NCBI GenBank assembly: GCA_051362555.1
Contig: CM120648.1
Span: forward strand, 15,992,587-16,056,586
Direction: 5' to 3'
Source of the DNA: Lingula anatina
Lineage: Eukaryota; Animalia; Brachiopoda
Length of the DNA stretch: 64,000 bases
The notes under the pieces were generated by a model. The model saw only the letters and a program-made list of their open reading frames with translations, was not told the origin of the DNA and ran no database searches. How positions within the stretch are numbered: position 1 is the stretch's first letter; each line of letters begins with the position of its first letter. The position numbers and the translations under genes are program-made. This document shows, piece after piece, positions 35,780 through 49,160 of the stretch.

Positions 35780-37248
35780 ATATACAGTGACAAGCAAACT
35801 AAAGGCGCTCAAATACAATTAACTGCTCTATACAGAAAATTATTATAAATTTTTCACTGCGTTATACTCGTAGGAGATAAATCAAAAAACAAAGCCAGTG
35901 ATGATTGAATTTTCAAAGTGAGTTAAATGTTTCACAGCTGGACGTTTTGCATTTGTGACAGTAATGTATGTTCGTTTTTGAGGATAAACGATGATTTGTT
36001 ATTATTCATGGTTCCCGGACAGTGAAACTTTGATACAAACTTCTTCTTGTGGGACCCTGAAATAATCAAACATAGTTTGCAATCTGTGCACAACATGGTT
36101 TAAGAGCATGCCTGTGACCTCATTTGCACCTCAATATTGGGTTTGGGAGACACACACACACACTGTGGGAACCGTCGTCATGCAGCACAGGATGCAAATG
36201 ACTCCGCTTGCTCGAAAGTGCACTGTTTGAAATTAACAAATTGGTGAAATTGACAAAGCCTGTCGGTGTTTATCGTCTGGTTGGTTTTATGGTATTTTTT
36301 GGTGTCGTTGTGAGGAATTCTATTGGAAAAATTCTGTTAATTGTACGTATTAATAGGTAAATTCAGCGGACTTTCCTTAGAATAACATTTATTTTGACTT
36401 TATTATAAGGGGATTCCCTTTGTATTTATAGTGTTATATGTGACCCCAAATGACCCCCCCCCCCTCACAAACACACACACACACAAACACACACACTTGA
36501 TTAATAAAATGCTTTATATGGCAGGTTGAAAATGATATTGCAAAATGCATTCTAAATCGTAGGAAGGTAAAGTGCAGATAATGCTGCAAGGATATTCTTA
36601 TTCAAGGGCGAAATCCGCCAATATAAGAAATTTTACTTCAATTGTGTATTTTTAGCGTCAGTTGTAATTTATTGAAAGCGAGGCAATGGAACCAAACATT
36701 ACGTACTGGTGCAATTTGTAATCTCGCAAAAAATAATATTTTTTAATGAAGATCATTGCATGGCATACATCAGAGGACGCAACGTTTATTATTGGATTCT
36801 TCAATAATAATAGATATAAAATATACGATACAGTGGTGGATTTAGAGGGGTTTCTAAAAATATTACACTAATACTCAAAGTAAAAAAACGTAATCTATCT
36901 AAGAACGCTCCGTGTCGGCTTCTCAAATAAGTGCTCGAGTACATGATGAACTGTAACAACGTTGGTAATAAATACCATGTTTGCAGACTCTCGATTTGCG
37001 GGATGAATTACATATGTACGGCTCTCGGCATATTGATTGTTATGGCAGATTAATATATGTACAGCCAATCTGGCCCTCTCTGTGAGAAAGTAGAAAGTCT
37101 CCATTTGATCCATTCTTGCCATCGAAGCTTCTGTGGCTCCTTGTTAACACCGCTGTCTTCTACAAAACTAAGCACAGCTAGACGTGGGTTCGAATGTTGA
37201 GATCTTCTCTTTGATTCTTTTTTTAAATCTATTTATTATTATTATTAT

Positions 37249-37290
<42 letters not shown>

Positions 37291-40200
37291 TGAAATAATT
37301 TCTAAAATTTTTAGTTTGATTACTATAAGAGGAAACTCGTAGGTGGGGAGGGTAGGTGGGTCAGTCATGGCGCAGTCATGGCGCTGTTGGTAGAGTGCTT
37401 GCAAAAAAATGGTTGCAAAAAAATAAAAATATACCAAGCCATCAGCAAACCTTGGGACGGCAAGTCACGAGTTCAAATACCAGATGACGCATGCCAATTA
37501 ACCACAACAACGAGCTGGCCCCGCAATCGAAATCGAATGCGGGCATACCGGTACGTGTGTCCGAGCAAATTACCTTTTGCAAAAAATCCGGTATAGTTTA
37601 GAATTAGTGATTGATTTTGACAATAAATTATTGCTCGACATTATCATAAAGTCTGCGTCGTTTATTATTTTTCTCTTCTCTGCTTTAAAGTCTTTTAAAT
37701 GGTACTTGGGCGGGGATGGTCATTGATCTCTATTCTTTACCAGCTACGCAACAGATCAAAATTGAATTAAGTCAAAACCTTACCCGGCATAGCGCCATGC
37801 ATGTCGTACAGCCTATAGCTTTACAGGTGAAGTCAAACGTAAACTCAGTGAAAAACAAAATGAAAAAAAAAAAACAGCATCTGAAATCATCTAACTAAAA
37901 TATTTGGCTATTGAGATAAGATTGTCACCTAAATGGCTGACTTTTGGGTGCCTTAGGACCAGTGAAAGGGAGTATCCCCCCCCCCCCCCCCCCCCCCGGA
38001 CGAGTTACCTGTAAGAACCCAGTAAAGTGGCACGGTAAACAGTGGAGGATATAGGGGGTGTCAGGGGGTCCTGACCCCCCTACGATTTCTGAAAAAGCAG
38101 ACCAATGATCCCTCTTGAAATTAGAATTTTGACTAGCTGAATCAAACAGTAGTTCTAAACCGTACCAACTGGCACCGTTCGCCCTCTAAAGTGCCAATTC
38201 TTTTCCGTCCCTTGACACCCCCACCCCTCAAAAAATCCTGCATCCGCCATTGCGATATAATAAATTCTTATGCGAGACCAATTAATTGATATTTTGTAGA
38301 GGCTTACAGGCTAAGCTTGGTTCTCATATTGAGGCACGACGTTTTATTCGTGTGCTTCGTCATGCACACAAACACGCACAAACACGCACGCATCTTATTC
38401 ACCATCTTGACTGAGAAGTAAAAAAATTAGTCCAGCTGGTCGTGGCGTCATTCTCGTTTCAGCCCACTAGGTCTTTGTGAAGCGATAAGGGCATTAGTTG
38501 ATCTCTAGAAGGGACGTTTTTATACACAGACGTTGTCTAAATTTTTTGATTACTTTTTAAAGTCCACTTTATTTACACTTTTTTTCAGTGTGATGTCTCT
38601 ATACCTAATCAATAACCAGAACATTTTTCGCTCGCCAAGTAAAGAGGGGCCGACTAAGAAACCAATGTTGATAGGGTAGTTTTAAAGTTTGGCATTTGAT
38701 GGATTTAATAATAATAAGATAGGAAGAGAAATTTATTCAGGAAACAGGACAAGCGCATTTTTAGCACCAAATCACTGTGCCACTGTATGAACCCAAAGCA
38801 GTAAGGGCATTATAATAGATTACTTCAAACTTTTTACCTTTCTTTTTTTCCCATGGAACAGCGTTAATACTCCTGAATTCAATTCCCATCACCAATAATT
38901 CAATGAATGTATTAATATTTAATTAAATAACTAACCGATTAAAGGGTTAAAGGTTGAGGATTTTGAAATAAGGGTTCCAAATTCTTTTCATTGGGGAGAC
39001 TGTCTAGGCTGTATTTGCTTTAAAAAATGAAGATTCTGGACATATCTGTGCCCAAACTTGAAACAGAAAGTCTCAAAGGACAGTTGGACGGTGACATGGC
39101 TTGCAGGTGACCAACTCTCAAGCGCCATGTTAAAGGTACCGAAACTACTCTTAGTTTCACGTAAGTTGTAAACTTCTGATGATTCTAATTAGTTAGATAT
39201 TACATGTGAGATACACGTATAAGGGAAGTTTTAAAAAACTTTTGTCTGCTCCCATCATACCACGATGTCTTTTCTATTTCACTGTCTATCTGATGAATTT
39301 TACTTATTTGTTCGTTCAGGCCCGTAGCCAGGGAGGGGGGGGAGATCGAAAAAAAAAAACCCTGTTTGCAAGGAAAAGGTCCCCTCTGGGTGAAATTTTA
39401 TAATGGTATATGAAAGTTTCATGGAAAAAGGTCCACTTTTTCAGAAAAAGAACCCCCCCCCCACTTTTGAAATTTCTGGCAACGGGCCTGTCGTTTGTTT
39501 ATTTTGCTAACTGTAGAGACAAAGCGGACAAGAACGCAAGAATTCAAGCAATTTAAGACATTTAATGAAGCAAGGGTGACATATCACAGCGGATCAGATA
39601 AAAAAACATTCTCTCATCATTCGTGTCTTCGAGTAGCATTCAGGCAACAATTATGATAAAGATCTGCTAACAATGATGAGGGAGTTGTGGGTCAAAGTAT
39701 CGCCACTTGTCCAGTGCAGTCATTGCATTAACGGCATTTTCATAATCAGCAAATTTTCTTCTTCTTTGTATAAAATCTGTCATTTCCGTAGACTGAAAAT
39801 TCTTAAAATATCTATTGCTATGGCTAAGGATTTCTTTGCCTTTGTGAAAATAGTCATGATAAAAGTTGAGAAAATTAAAGTCAAAGTATCACCTCTTGTG
39901 CATTGCAGTCATTGCATTAAAGGCATCTTCATTATTTTCTTCTTCCTTAAATAAAATCTGTCATTTCCGTAGATTGAAAATTCTTAAAATATATATTTGC
40001 TATGGCTAAGTATTTATTTGCCTTTGTGAAATAGTCATGATAAAAGTTGAGAAAAATCAAATAATACACACTCTATACCATGTGGCAAGCTATCAAACGT
40101 TCAATACCTTTAGCAAGATCCCTTTAACCATCCATCTATCTGTATCATAATGCACTGTTTTAGAAAATTTAAAACTGAAGGCTTACAACACATATATATC

Positions 40201-40862
40201 ACAACAGCTAAACATAAACGAGTTGCGCGAAGCAAACTCGTTCTTCAAATCGTCAAATCGTTTCAAGGCATTTGCGCTTTTTTGAAAGATGTTGTTAAAA
40301 CTTCAGCATTGAGTTTTTGTGTACCGTTATATTAATTTCACGTCTATGAGAACCAAAGGCAAATAACTACGAAAAATCTTGCCAAGAAAGTCCAAATAAA
40401 AGCGGTCGATTTGCACTTTATTTCAAACGGAGATTTAAATGAGGGTCCCACTGGGTATTTTTGTAACCCTTGAAAGCAACTTTTTATTTCCCCAGATGCA
40501 TGAAACGTTCATATTATTTAGAGCGGCATCTGAATGCTGATTTTTATTTCTCGTTCGTCGTTAAACGAAGTCATTATACTCAGCGATACGTGGTTTTCAA
40601 CTTGCCGGGCTTGCATTTTCAATGAGATATGAATAAAGTCTTATTTACTGTGATTTGTGATTTGCTGGTTTTATTTTCCGTGGTCTTAACGCCCCCCTTC
40701 TCCCATGGGACCCTCTCAGAAAGTCCGAAAGCAAAATTAATGTTCGGAAATGAGAACAATTTGAGTCTCAGTTGGCTGTGGTATTGCATCTCCATGTAAA
40801 CATGCCAGCTGTATTACATTCGATGCTATACCCCAAGCATTTCGCATGCCTTATAATTCAGT

Positions 40863-41155
40863 TTACATGACATAGGCAATGAAAGGCTTGTAGAGCATAC
40901 GCCCGGAGAACTGGATATCCAGTTGGTATCTGCCGAATGTGGGCACGAGGTAGGTGATGTCGTAATGCAGACAGGTCGGGCCACACTGGCGGTAGATGGC
41001 GGCCATGCCGGTGTCTTCGTTGGTGACTTTCAGCCATGGGCACATTTCTGCGCTGCTAGTTGGAACTATCAAATACACACGTCTTAGGCTTCTGGTGCTT
41101 GGCTGCGGTCCGAGACGAATGACGTCAAATGTATACCGTCCGTTTCTGGCGGGCT
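40863..41155 (-). CDS. Putative terminal exon, copy 3 (same translation as copy 2)
   Basis: Part of the tandem duplication. Confidence 0.55.
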
Positions 41156-41505
41156 CTGAATGCAAACGGAATGAATTAATTGATCAATTATAATAAATAA
41201 TTATGCACATTCGATAAATTTCAGAACTCTTAGAACTGTTTAAATTAACACTTTGCAAAAAAAAAAACAGTGAAAATATATCATGAGTAAACTAGTAGAC
41301 TTTCGGGCAGAAACAAAATAGTGTAATCACTTGTACAATTGCGTGGGCTCGGTTGTTAAGTACTCATGATTTTCATTCAGTATTTTTTATTTACTTCAAT
41401 GAAAAGAAAGAAAAGGGGGAACAGAGGGTAAAGCCACTGTACATTTACCTTTAGCATTACTGTAAATTACTGAGAGGGTGAGAGATGGGGGCAAAGAAAA
41501 TACGT

Positions 41506-41536
<31 letters not shown>

Positions 41537-41649
41537 TGAGGGAAAAATACGGAAAGAGGGAGAGAGAGAGAGAGGAAAATAGAGATGGGGCCACAGAAAA
41601 TACGTACAGACAGGTAGAGGAAGCCAAAGAAAATACGAGAGAGAGAGTG

Positions 41650-43917
41650 GGTGTATATTCCTGCATTCACTAGATAAAACAACGTAAAAGCTAAACCCAT
41701 GTAAAGATACACACCCGTGTTTTAGTGGAAAATCAAGAATGTGGAGGATGGAGGACCCACGGTCACTAACGGAAAGTGGCGGAAAGTTGTGGAAAATTCT
41801 GAGGAGAAGCACACAATAATAAAGCAATTACACGAAGAAAGTAAGGGCGCAACTTATGTGCAGACTTATCATATTTTAAAATTATTTGGTTGGCATTATA
41901 TGCTTTTAGTACTTTGCATTTTCTTTTATGTCTCTTTTAATATTTTAATGTAGGTGGTTACATGGAAGTCACAAAGACTCTCCTCAAAGTGCAGCAACAT
42001 TTCTTTTGGCATCGCATGTCAGATGATGTAAATGAAAATAAATAGCTAGGTGCCATAGATGTCAAATGCAAAACTCCAAAAGCTAAGAACACCCAGTATC
42101 TAGTTGTAAGCCATGGAGCCAGGTAGTTACCCCTTTTTAATAATTAAACATTAAAAATATAGAAAAAACGCTTAATAAAGATTATGAAATGGTTATCCAT
42201 CAATTATTTTATATGACAGGCCAAAATTTAACACACCAGCAACGCCTTTTTCCTTTAACACAGATATTACTTTATATTTATGTTATTATCAAATATCTAT
42301 TACAGATTGGAATTGACCTTGTGGCAATGGAGGAATCGTACAATGCAAACAAGTACTTCTGTTCAGTGTTGTGCTATTTAACAAAACATGCTTCGGCAAA
42401 ACCTTGAACTCATGATGATGTAAGGGTTTTTTTAAATAGTGCTAAAACTTATTCATTTTGCCTATGAATCATATATGTATCTCGACATTATTAAATAACA
42501 CAGTGAGATAATATATTAAAGTAATGTTATCTAATATTTTATTTAGTAATGCTATCAATAACCTGATTTAGATTTTGGAATTCAACAACCACCTCATTGA
42601 TGAGACTTGTAAAACAACTAAACAAGAAGACAAGTAACATCCCAATATCACCCACAGTCAAACGGCTTAACTGATGAGTCGATCTACCTAATTCCAACTA
42701 AATCGGCGATCTTTTTATTATTTAATCAATTTTGAAATTTCCCTATTAGTGCCAGTTCGAATTTTAACGCAAACACATAGTAAATGTAACATATTTTTTC
42801 CAATTCGCTTTTTTATAAACACCTTTACAGTGTTTTTTTCTTTTACTTTATAAAGTTTACACCTTATAGTATCTCACGTTCTTATACTGATTTCTATCGA
42901 CATTGATGATGCTCTTTGTCTTTATTGCTCTTCAAACACAGATAGATTCAACCAGACCATTGAAAATAGTATGGCAAAGTCATACGACGACCCAAAAAGG
43001 TGGGACGAGACCCTAGCGGGCTGTGTATTTGCCTACAACACAGCAATACAAGATTCCACCAAGATGAGTCCCTTTTTCTTGATGTTTGGAGTGTACGTAT
43101 TTTAATCGCAGCAAATTAAAATATACTGTTGTAAATCAATAAAAGAACAATTTAGAGATTCACTTTTATGAAAAGTTGCAGTCTCTTAAACTTTTTCCCT
43201 TGGCTGTGGGTGCTGGTCAGCTAAAGCAGTACAGAGAAAATAGATGATTTTTCTTTTTAAAAAATTATAAAATTTAAATGGCATCTTTTATCTATTCTAT
43301 AAAAGCAATGTTAGCTATTGAAACATCAACTTTATATTTATTGTCATTTTCATGATCAATCATGCGTTTTCATGATCAATTTGGTCAGCATTTACAGCAC
43401 GTTGATTTTTCTGTATTTCAGAGCTGAAGGCGAAGCTGAAACCAGTTAAATATTAAATAATTACATAATTGAGTATTTTGTACAACAAAGAAGATTGTAA
43501 ACAATAAACACCCACTTCAAACAGGTTTTCTGTATTCTTGTCTTTTTTTAATTCAATAAATTATATATTTTTACTGATAATTAGTTACAATTGTATTGCA
43601 TCAATAAAACTATTACTTCAATGAAATATATAAAGCATTCATATTTAAAAAAATAAGGAATATGGCCTTATGGGTACAAATTAAACTCGATTTTCTTTTG
43701 CCTAAAGTGCAAAAGTAAGGGGGACCCTGCGATTCAAAGCGGACTGTTCATTTTAAATCTGAAAGTCTGCGGACTGTGCGTTTTAATATAGGAAGTCCCC
43801 CGAACTTTCAGATTTAAAACTTAGTATCCGTGGACCCAACGTTTTAAAACGGACACTCAGTTTTAAAACAAAGGGTCCGCCGGACTCTGAAAGGGTCGGA
43901 CTCTACGGCACGCTACA
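41650..43917 (+). mobile_element. Ginger (Gypsy-integrase-related) DNA transposon, intron-containing, decayed, 5' end missing
   Basis: GT-AG-split exons encode QLHEE|..KTLLKVQQHFFWHRMSDDV..CHRCQ, PWSQ|IGIDLV, SPYHPQSNGLT|RFNQTI and WDETLAGCVFAYNTAIQDSTKMSPFFLMFG. The repeat-rich terminus ends ...GCTACA and is followed by CCGG (Ginger1-type target). Confidence 0.82.
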
Positions 43918-44373
43918 CCGGCATGTCAGGAGGCCTGGGGCAGTCAGACATGAGGACCGAGTGTTCACTCGTCTTGAACCTAGGGTCAAGAAAAGTATAA
44001 ACGTTAATTGCAAAAAAATCATTGAGGCCATTTTCCCATCAAAACACCACTGGTCTGCGTGGATCGACCGGGGACTCTCGCTGACTGCAATCAGTTTAAC
44101 TGAATAACAAGCCTCCCATGGCGTAAAGTAGAATACAGAAAAGCTGCCAATTATACGAGTTTGTTGGAAACAAGATGAGGCGTGTCACTCACTTAAGCTG
44201 ATTGCACTAAACGAAAACCACTTTTTTCCACTCTCTCCCTTGCTACAATATAAATGCGTGTTAATGGAGTTTCAACTTTTTTTTACCATTAGTGTTAGTT
44301 GCATGCAGCTACAGGATGTACTGCCACTGTCTGCAATAGAATATTCCAATGAAAACTATTAAAACTAAGACCT

Positions 44374-44990
44374 CATTCAGGATTGGGGACTACTGTAACT
44401 AGTCCGCAGATCAGATATGGCGTGCCCACTACAAAGCTTGCCGTCTAATCTGCTAATAGACACTAAATAGATATCCCGTTGGGAAGTTTTCAAGTGGTGT
44501 CATATTTGACCATCGAACAAGTTAGTACCCTGTTCTAAATGGTCCCATTCAGAATGGATCATCTGGAACTAACTAATTCGCCGACGAAATATGGCTGACC
44601 ACACTTCAAAAAAGATTCTCGATGGTCTCCCCGCCCGCGCCGTCGCTGCAGGGGCCTAGCAATTAAACCTCGGAGCCGCAATTTAATCCGTTTAATGGCG
44701 CGTGTGGAGGCGGGGAGACCATCATCTCTTTTGAAGTGTGGTCTGCCATATGTAGTCGGCGGATCAGTTAGTACTCGAATCATTCATTCTGAATGGGGCC
44801 AAAGGGACCTAAGAGCGCATTCAGAACAGTGGACTAACAGATATGTGATCAAATATGGAGACCCACTAAAAAGCTTGCCCCTTAGTTTAGGATAAGACAA
44901 TGAATAGAGTCCTTCGGGAATTACGCAACAAACATTTAAGTGGGTAGGCCATATTTGATCCGCGGATCTGTTAGTCCCCTGTTCTGAATG
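44374..44990. repeat. Three tandem related hairpin units (family H2)
   Basis: Units 44374-44541, 44541-44800 and 44818-44990, each cattcag...atatgg..ccact / loop / agtgg..catat...gttagt...aatg. Confidence 0.8.
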
Positions 44991-45079
44991 AGTTCTAAGG
45001 AATTGTAAGTCACCAAGCCTATGACTTTCTGCGGAAACCCCTTACAGTCTGTCCGCAGATCTTGCATATCAATGCGTAA

Positions 45080-45302
45080 AGCCCCCTTTACACTGGACGG
45101 CGTCCTTTCTGCGTCCAGCAGTACGGCCCCATTTGAGAGTTTAAAAATTATAATATTTTACGTGCCGACAACTGGCCGATCATTGAGCATTCATTCTGAT
45201 ACAAAATTAATGCTCGTGCCTCCTTATTAAGACCACAGCGATGCCAAATTTCATGGTCGCAGAGAGGACGCAGAAAGGACGCCGTCCAGTGTAAAGGGGG
45301 TA
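45080..45302. mobile_element. PIF/Harbinger-type MITE
   Basis: ~35-bp TIR ccccctttacactggacggcgtcctttctgcgtcc; TAA TSD. Confidence 0.85.
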
Positions 45303-46399
45303 TAAGCGGTGATCATTACAAAAACACCTACGCGCTTGCACAAAATAGTCCGCGACGTGTGTTTCGCGCCATGTTTTCAAAAATCCCTAGTTGTTATATA
45401 AATCCATGAAGCTCTGTAAATAACTCATTATTCCGCTTGAAACTTTCAAAAAATAAAATTTAGAACTTGATGTAAACGCACAATGTAAAATAAACATTTC
45501 AATTTCGACGAAAGCCTTGTATCAGTTGTCTAAAAATAGCACACGCATTTTTCTCAAGCAGATCGTGTAATTTTGTACCCTAAAATGAAATGATTGTAGA
45601 AAAAATGGACAAACTTACTTTCATGATGTTATAACGATTTATGCAACTATATATGCTGGAATTGAGCCAAGAAGAATAAAAAATTTGTACAACCGTCCTT
45701 TTTTGTGAAATCCCTATTTTCGTGCGAACTATGTAGGTCAGTCGAAACTGGGATTGTCACGTTGCACTGAGCAAGTGACTGGAGAGCGTTTTTCTCGGTA
45801 AATTTTGCATTTCGGTTGAAAAAAAAATGAATGTTCAGCTTTTCAAGTGTATATTTATAGTATACAATGTGTCACTGTCATAGTGAGAGTTGTTATGGAA
45901 AATTATACGTGAAAAAACGACATCGGTGCTGGAGATAAACCATAACATACAGTGTATATGGTTTTAGAATGGAAAAATCTGCCTTTCAGGTTACGTAGCT
46001 TTGGGTTTGCCGACTAAAAGGTGAGTCTTTTTTTTTTTTTTTAATTCACTATGTTTCATATAAGCGCCGAAATGTATAGAAATGATTTTGGAGTAACCTC
46101 CCTTCGCATAGTTCGGATGCACTTGTTGACGTTCAGTACTATTGAATGTTACATATTGTTGCAAAGTTACAGTTGTACTTTGTTTACATAAAATGTGTAC
46201 TAGTAGTAGGACCAAGGAATTATTATTACTATATAGTATGGTAAGAAATTACTTTGATAAACAACTGGTGTGAGACTGACAATGAGGTGAGTTTTTTTTA
46301 AATCTATGGATTTTTCATAAATTTCAGTTTTTATCTGCTTTGTATAAATGTCTTGTTTCTACATGTATGATTTTATCATTTTATTATATTTATTTTTAA

Positions 46400-46990
46400 C
46401 AGATTCCCGAATTTCATATCAGCTAACAATAAGGGAAGAGGTGTTCTGGTCAAGACCAGGAAAAATTATTTTCTGTACGGTTTTGTTTGATGGTGCTGTT
46501 GATGCAGGTGTGACTGAACAAAAGATGGTGTAGAGTCTTGGATATTGTTTACCCTAGAAAACTTTCTCATAGCAGACAAGTTCTGGAACATTATTTTCTT
46601 CAAGTATTATACAGGATGGGCTTTGACCCAAAAGACTTCCATTGAGAGTGGCCTGCCTTTAAAGAGCACATAGGTGGCATGTTTATAGTGAATAAAAGTA
46701 AAGATATGTGTACTGATTTGTTTTAAGGCTAGGAGACCAGACAGAGATTAGAATACATACAATAATGCTAATTGAAATTGCCTTGTTGAGCCTGTCCACT
46801 TCTCAGGTGGAGAGAGGATACAGTGCTCTCAAAAGAATCGAATCTGACTGGAGGTCAAGTTTGGGGAATATTATGCTTAAGTTAACAAAATTTGGACAGC
46901 AGTTTTATAGGGGCCAAGTTTTGATGATCATTTAGTCAAGGAATCTATCAACCACTGAGTGGCAGGGTGGCACTCTGGGAAAACAGCCCA
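46400..46990 (+). pseudogene. hAT (ZNF862-like) transposase remnants
   Basis: FCTVLFDGAVDAGVTEQKMV (first catalytic D region) and STSQVERGYSALKRIESDWRSSLG (hAT dimerisation motif). Confidence 0.7.
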
Positions 46991-48904
46991 ATTTTGAACT
47001 TGAAAATTGATTTTGTTTTCTGATTGTCATATCCAGGTAAATGACCTGGCCATTGAAGATTCTAAGGAAATAAAAAAATTGAAACATACTCGTATACTGA
47101 AGTTTGTTTTTTCATTTTTAATGCACTTTGATATGTATTTAATTACAAATTATATTCAAGAATTTTCAGTTGGGGATGATTTTAATTGTATGTCAGTTTT
47201 GGCTAAAGTAATATTCATAACTTGCTGGGGCAGGTGCTTCTCCTGCCCTCAGAATAGACATATCAAGTTGGCCAACGAGTTTATTGTAGCCTTGTTAACT
47301 GCTTTAATTTAAAAGGCAAAAAGTTTTTTTAAAAACTTTCAAAAGGTTCAGTGCATATTCATGAGGCTGAATGAACATTTCCCAGGGACAGTGCTTTAAG
47401 GACATGAGTTTTAAATGTTTACTTAGTTTTGTTTATCACACATATTTCAAAATTTTGCACTTTTAAAAAGAGAAATGTAAATTTTAAATAGATTAGGGAT
47501 ATTTTTTTCAAATTACAATTGTAAGGGTCTTATTTTAAATAGTTTGATATGTAAGACTTAAAGAGACAAAAATAGTACTAGTACATAGAAATAAATCTTG
47601 AGCAGTAAAATAAGAGAACAAGGCAGAAGTGCAGATCTTGATATAATGAATAAACCGGTGTTGAATGATTTTTTTTATCAAAACCCTTTCAGGCTTTTAA
47701 AAGTACAACCTGGCCATTGGCCAGTACTTCATTGTAAATATTTATCAAATTAAAAAAAATCTTGCTTTATTTATAACTAGATCTAGCAATATCTTTCTAT
47801 ATTGGTCAAAATTCACACTGGTTTTTCTTGGAGTGTGGATCATAACTATACAATTTTGATGTTTTAAGAATGAAGCATATAACTCTTGGAATATTTCTGA
47901 TGTTAGATGCACAGCACTTGTTCGTATTATAATTTTATTGTAACTTGTTTGCTCTGATATTCAGAATATTTAAGAAAACTTGTAGTCTTGCCAAGTCGGT
48001 TCAGTGCTTCAGGTTGGTCACGTGACGCTATAAATTATGATGAAAATGGGGTTTGGAGATGCAATAATTTCCCCACACGAAATGGGTAAAAATGTAAGAG
48101 ACATACCTTATGATATATCATTTGAAAGTTTATGATCTTATCTTTCTGCAGGATGTAATTGTTTGAAACATTTTGAGTTTCCTGCGATACATAATCACAA
48201 TAACCTACTGCACTTGAAAAAATCGATTTTGCCGACTTTTACACCGACTTCACGGGAATATGAACACTTTGCCAACGAGTTGGGACCCAAACGCAACATG
48301 TGTTTCATATCAACACAAAGCACACTTGTTTATCTTTTAGAATATATATAAAACGCTGGTGATTTCAACATTGTAGCAATTTTGTTTAAATTGAAACACC
48401 CTAGTGTCACACGCTTTAAAAATGCGAGTGCTTGGCGTCGAGTTCACCTCGCGCTAAAAAAAAATGGACAAAGCTGAATTTTCAATATATATATATATAC
48501 TGCCAGAGACCCAGTTTAACCAGCTTTCATGATTTAGTTTTTAAAACTTTGTACAAATTAAACTTCTTATAGAAATCTTTGAATAGAAAATTTCGGACAC
48601 CTGAAACGGGGCACCATTTGCAATCACCCGCGTGGATAAATCTTCCATTTCATCGTTCTGAATCTATTTTTTTATGACAACTAACCTTAAAATTCCGAAT
48701 CCTTAGATATTCCCGCTTCCTTTTATATATCAATCGTTTAATCACATCAACTGCTGACAAAAATAGGGCCTACACATGAAAATACGAGAGCTCAAAAGTC
48801 GTCCATTTTCACTCGATTTTGCTGAAAGTAGTGCGAAAATGGCCGTCGCTTCAGACAGTGTGCACGCGCAGCTCGGAATCTGCGGACAGACTGTTATGAA
48901 GAGA

Positions 48905-48932
48905 AACACACACACACACACACAGACACACC

Positions 48933-48972
<40 letters not shown>

Positions 48973-49160
48973 CACACACACAAACGGCCACAAAGACACA
49001 CACACACACATATAGCCTACATACACACACGGACACACACTCACACACACTCACACACACACACACATGCAGTCACGGACACACACACACACGTACACAC
49101 ACACACACACGTACACACACACACACACACTCACACAAACACACACACACACACACCACA
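48905..49160. repeat. (CA)n compound microsatellite
   Basis: Visible; a paralogous tract lies at 13380-13452. Confidence 0.9.

Larger units (their letters stand above)
35578..42830. repeat. Tandem segmental duplication, copy B
   Basis: See copy A; the boundaries share ACAGTGTTTTTT. Confidence 0.93.
45045..48893. mobile_element. Unclassified TIR DNA element (16-bp perfect TIR, TTA TSD)
   Basis: CAGTCTGTCCGCAGAT ... ATCTGCGGACAGACTG flanked by TTA; the paralogous empty site has a single TTA at ~13361. Confidence 0.85.
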
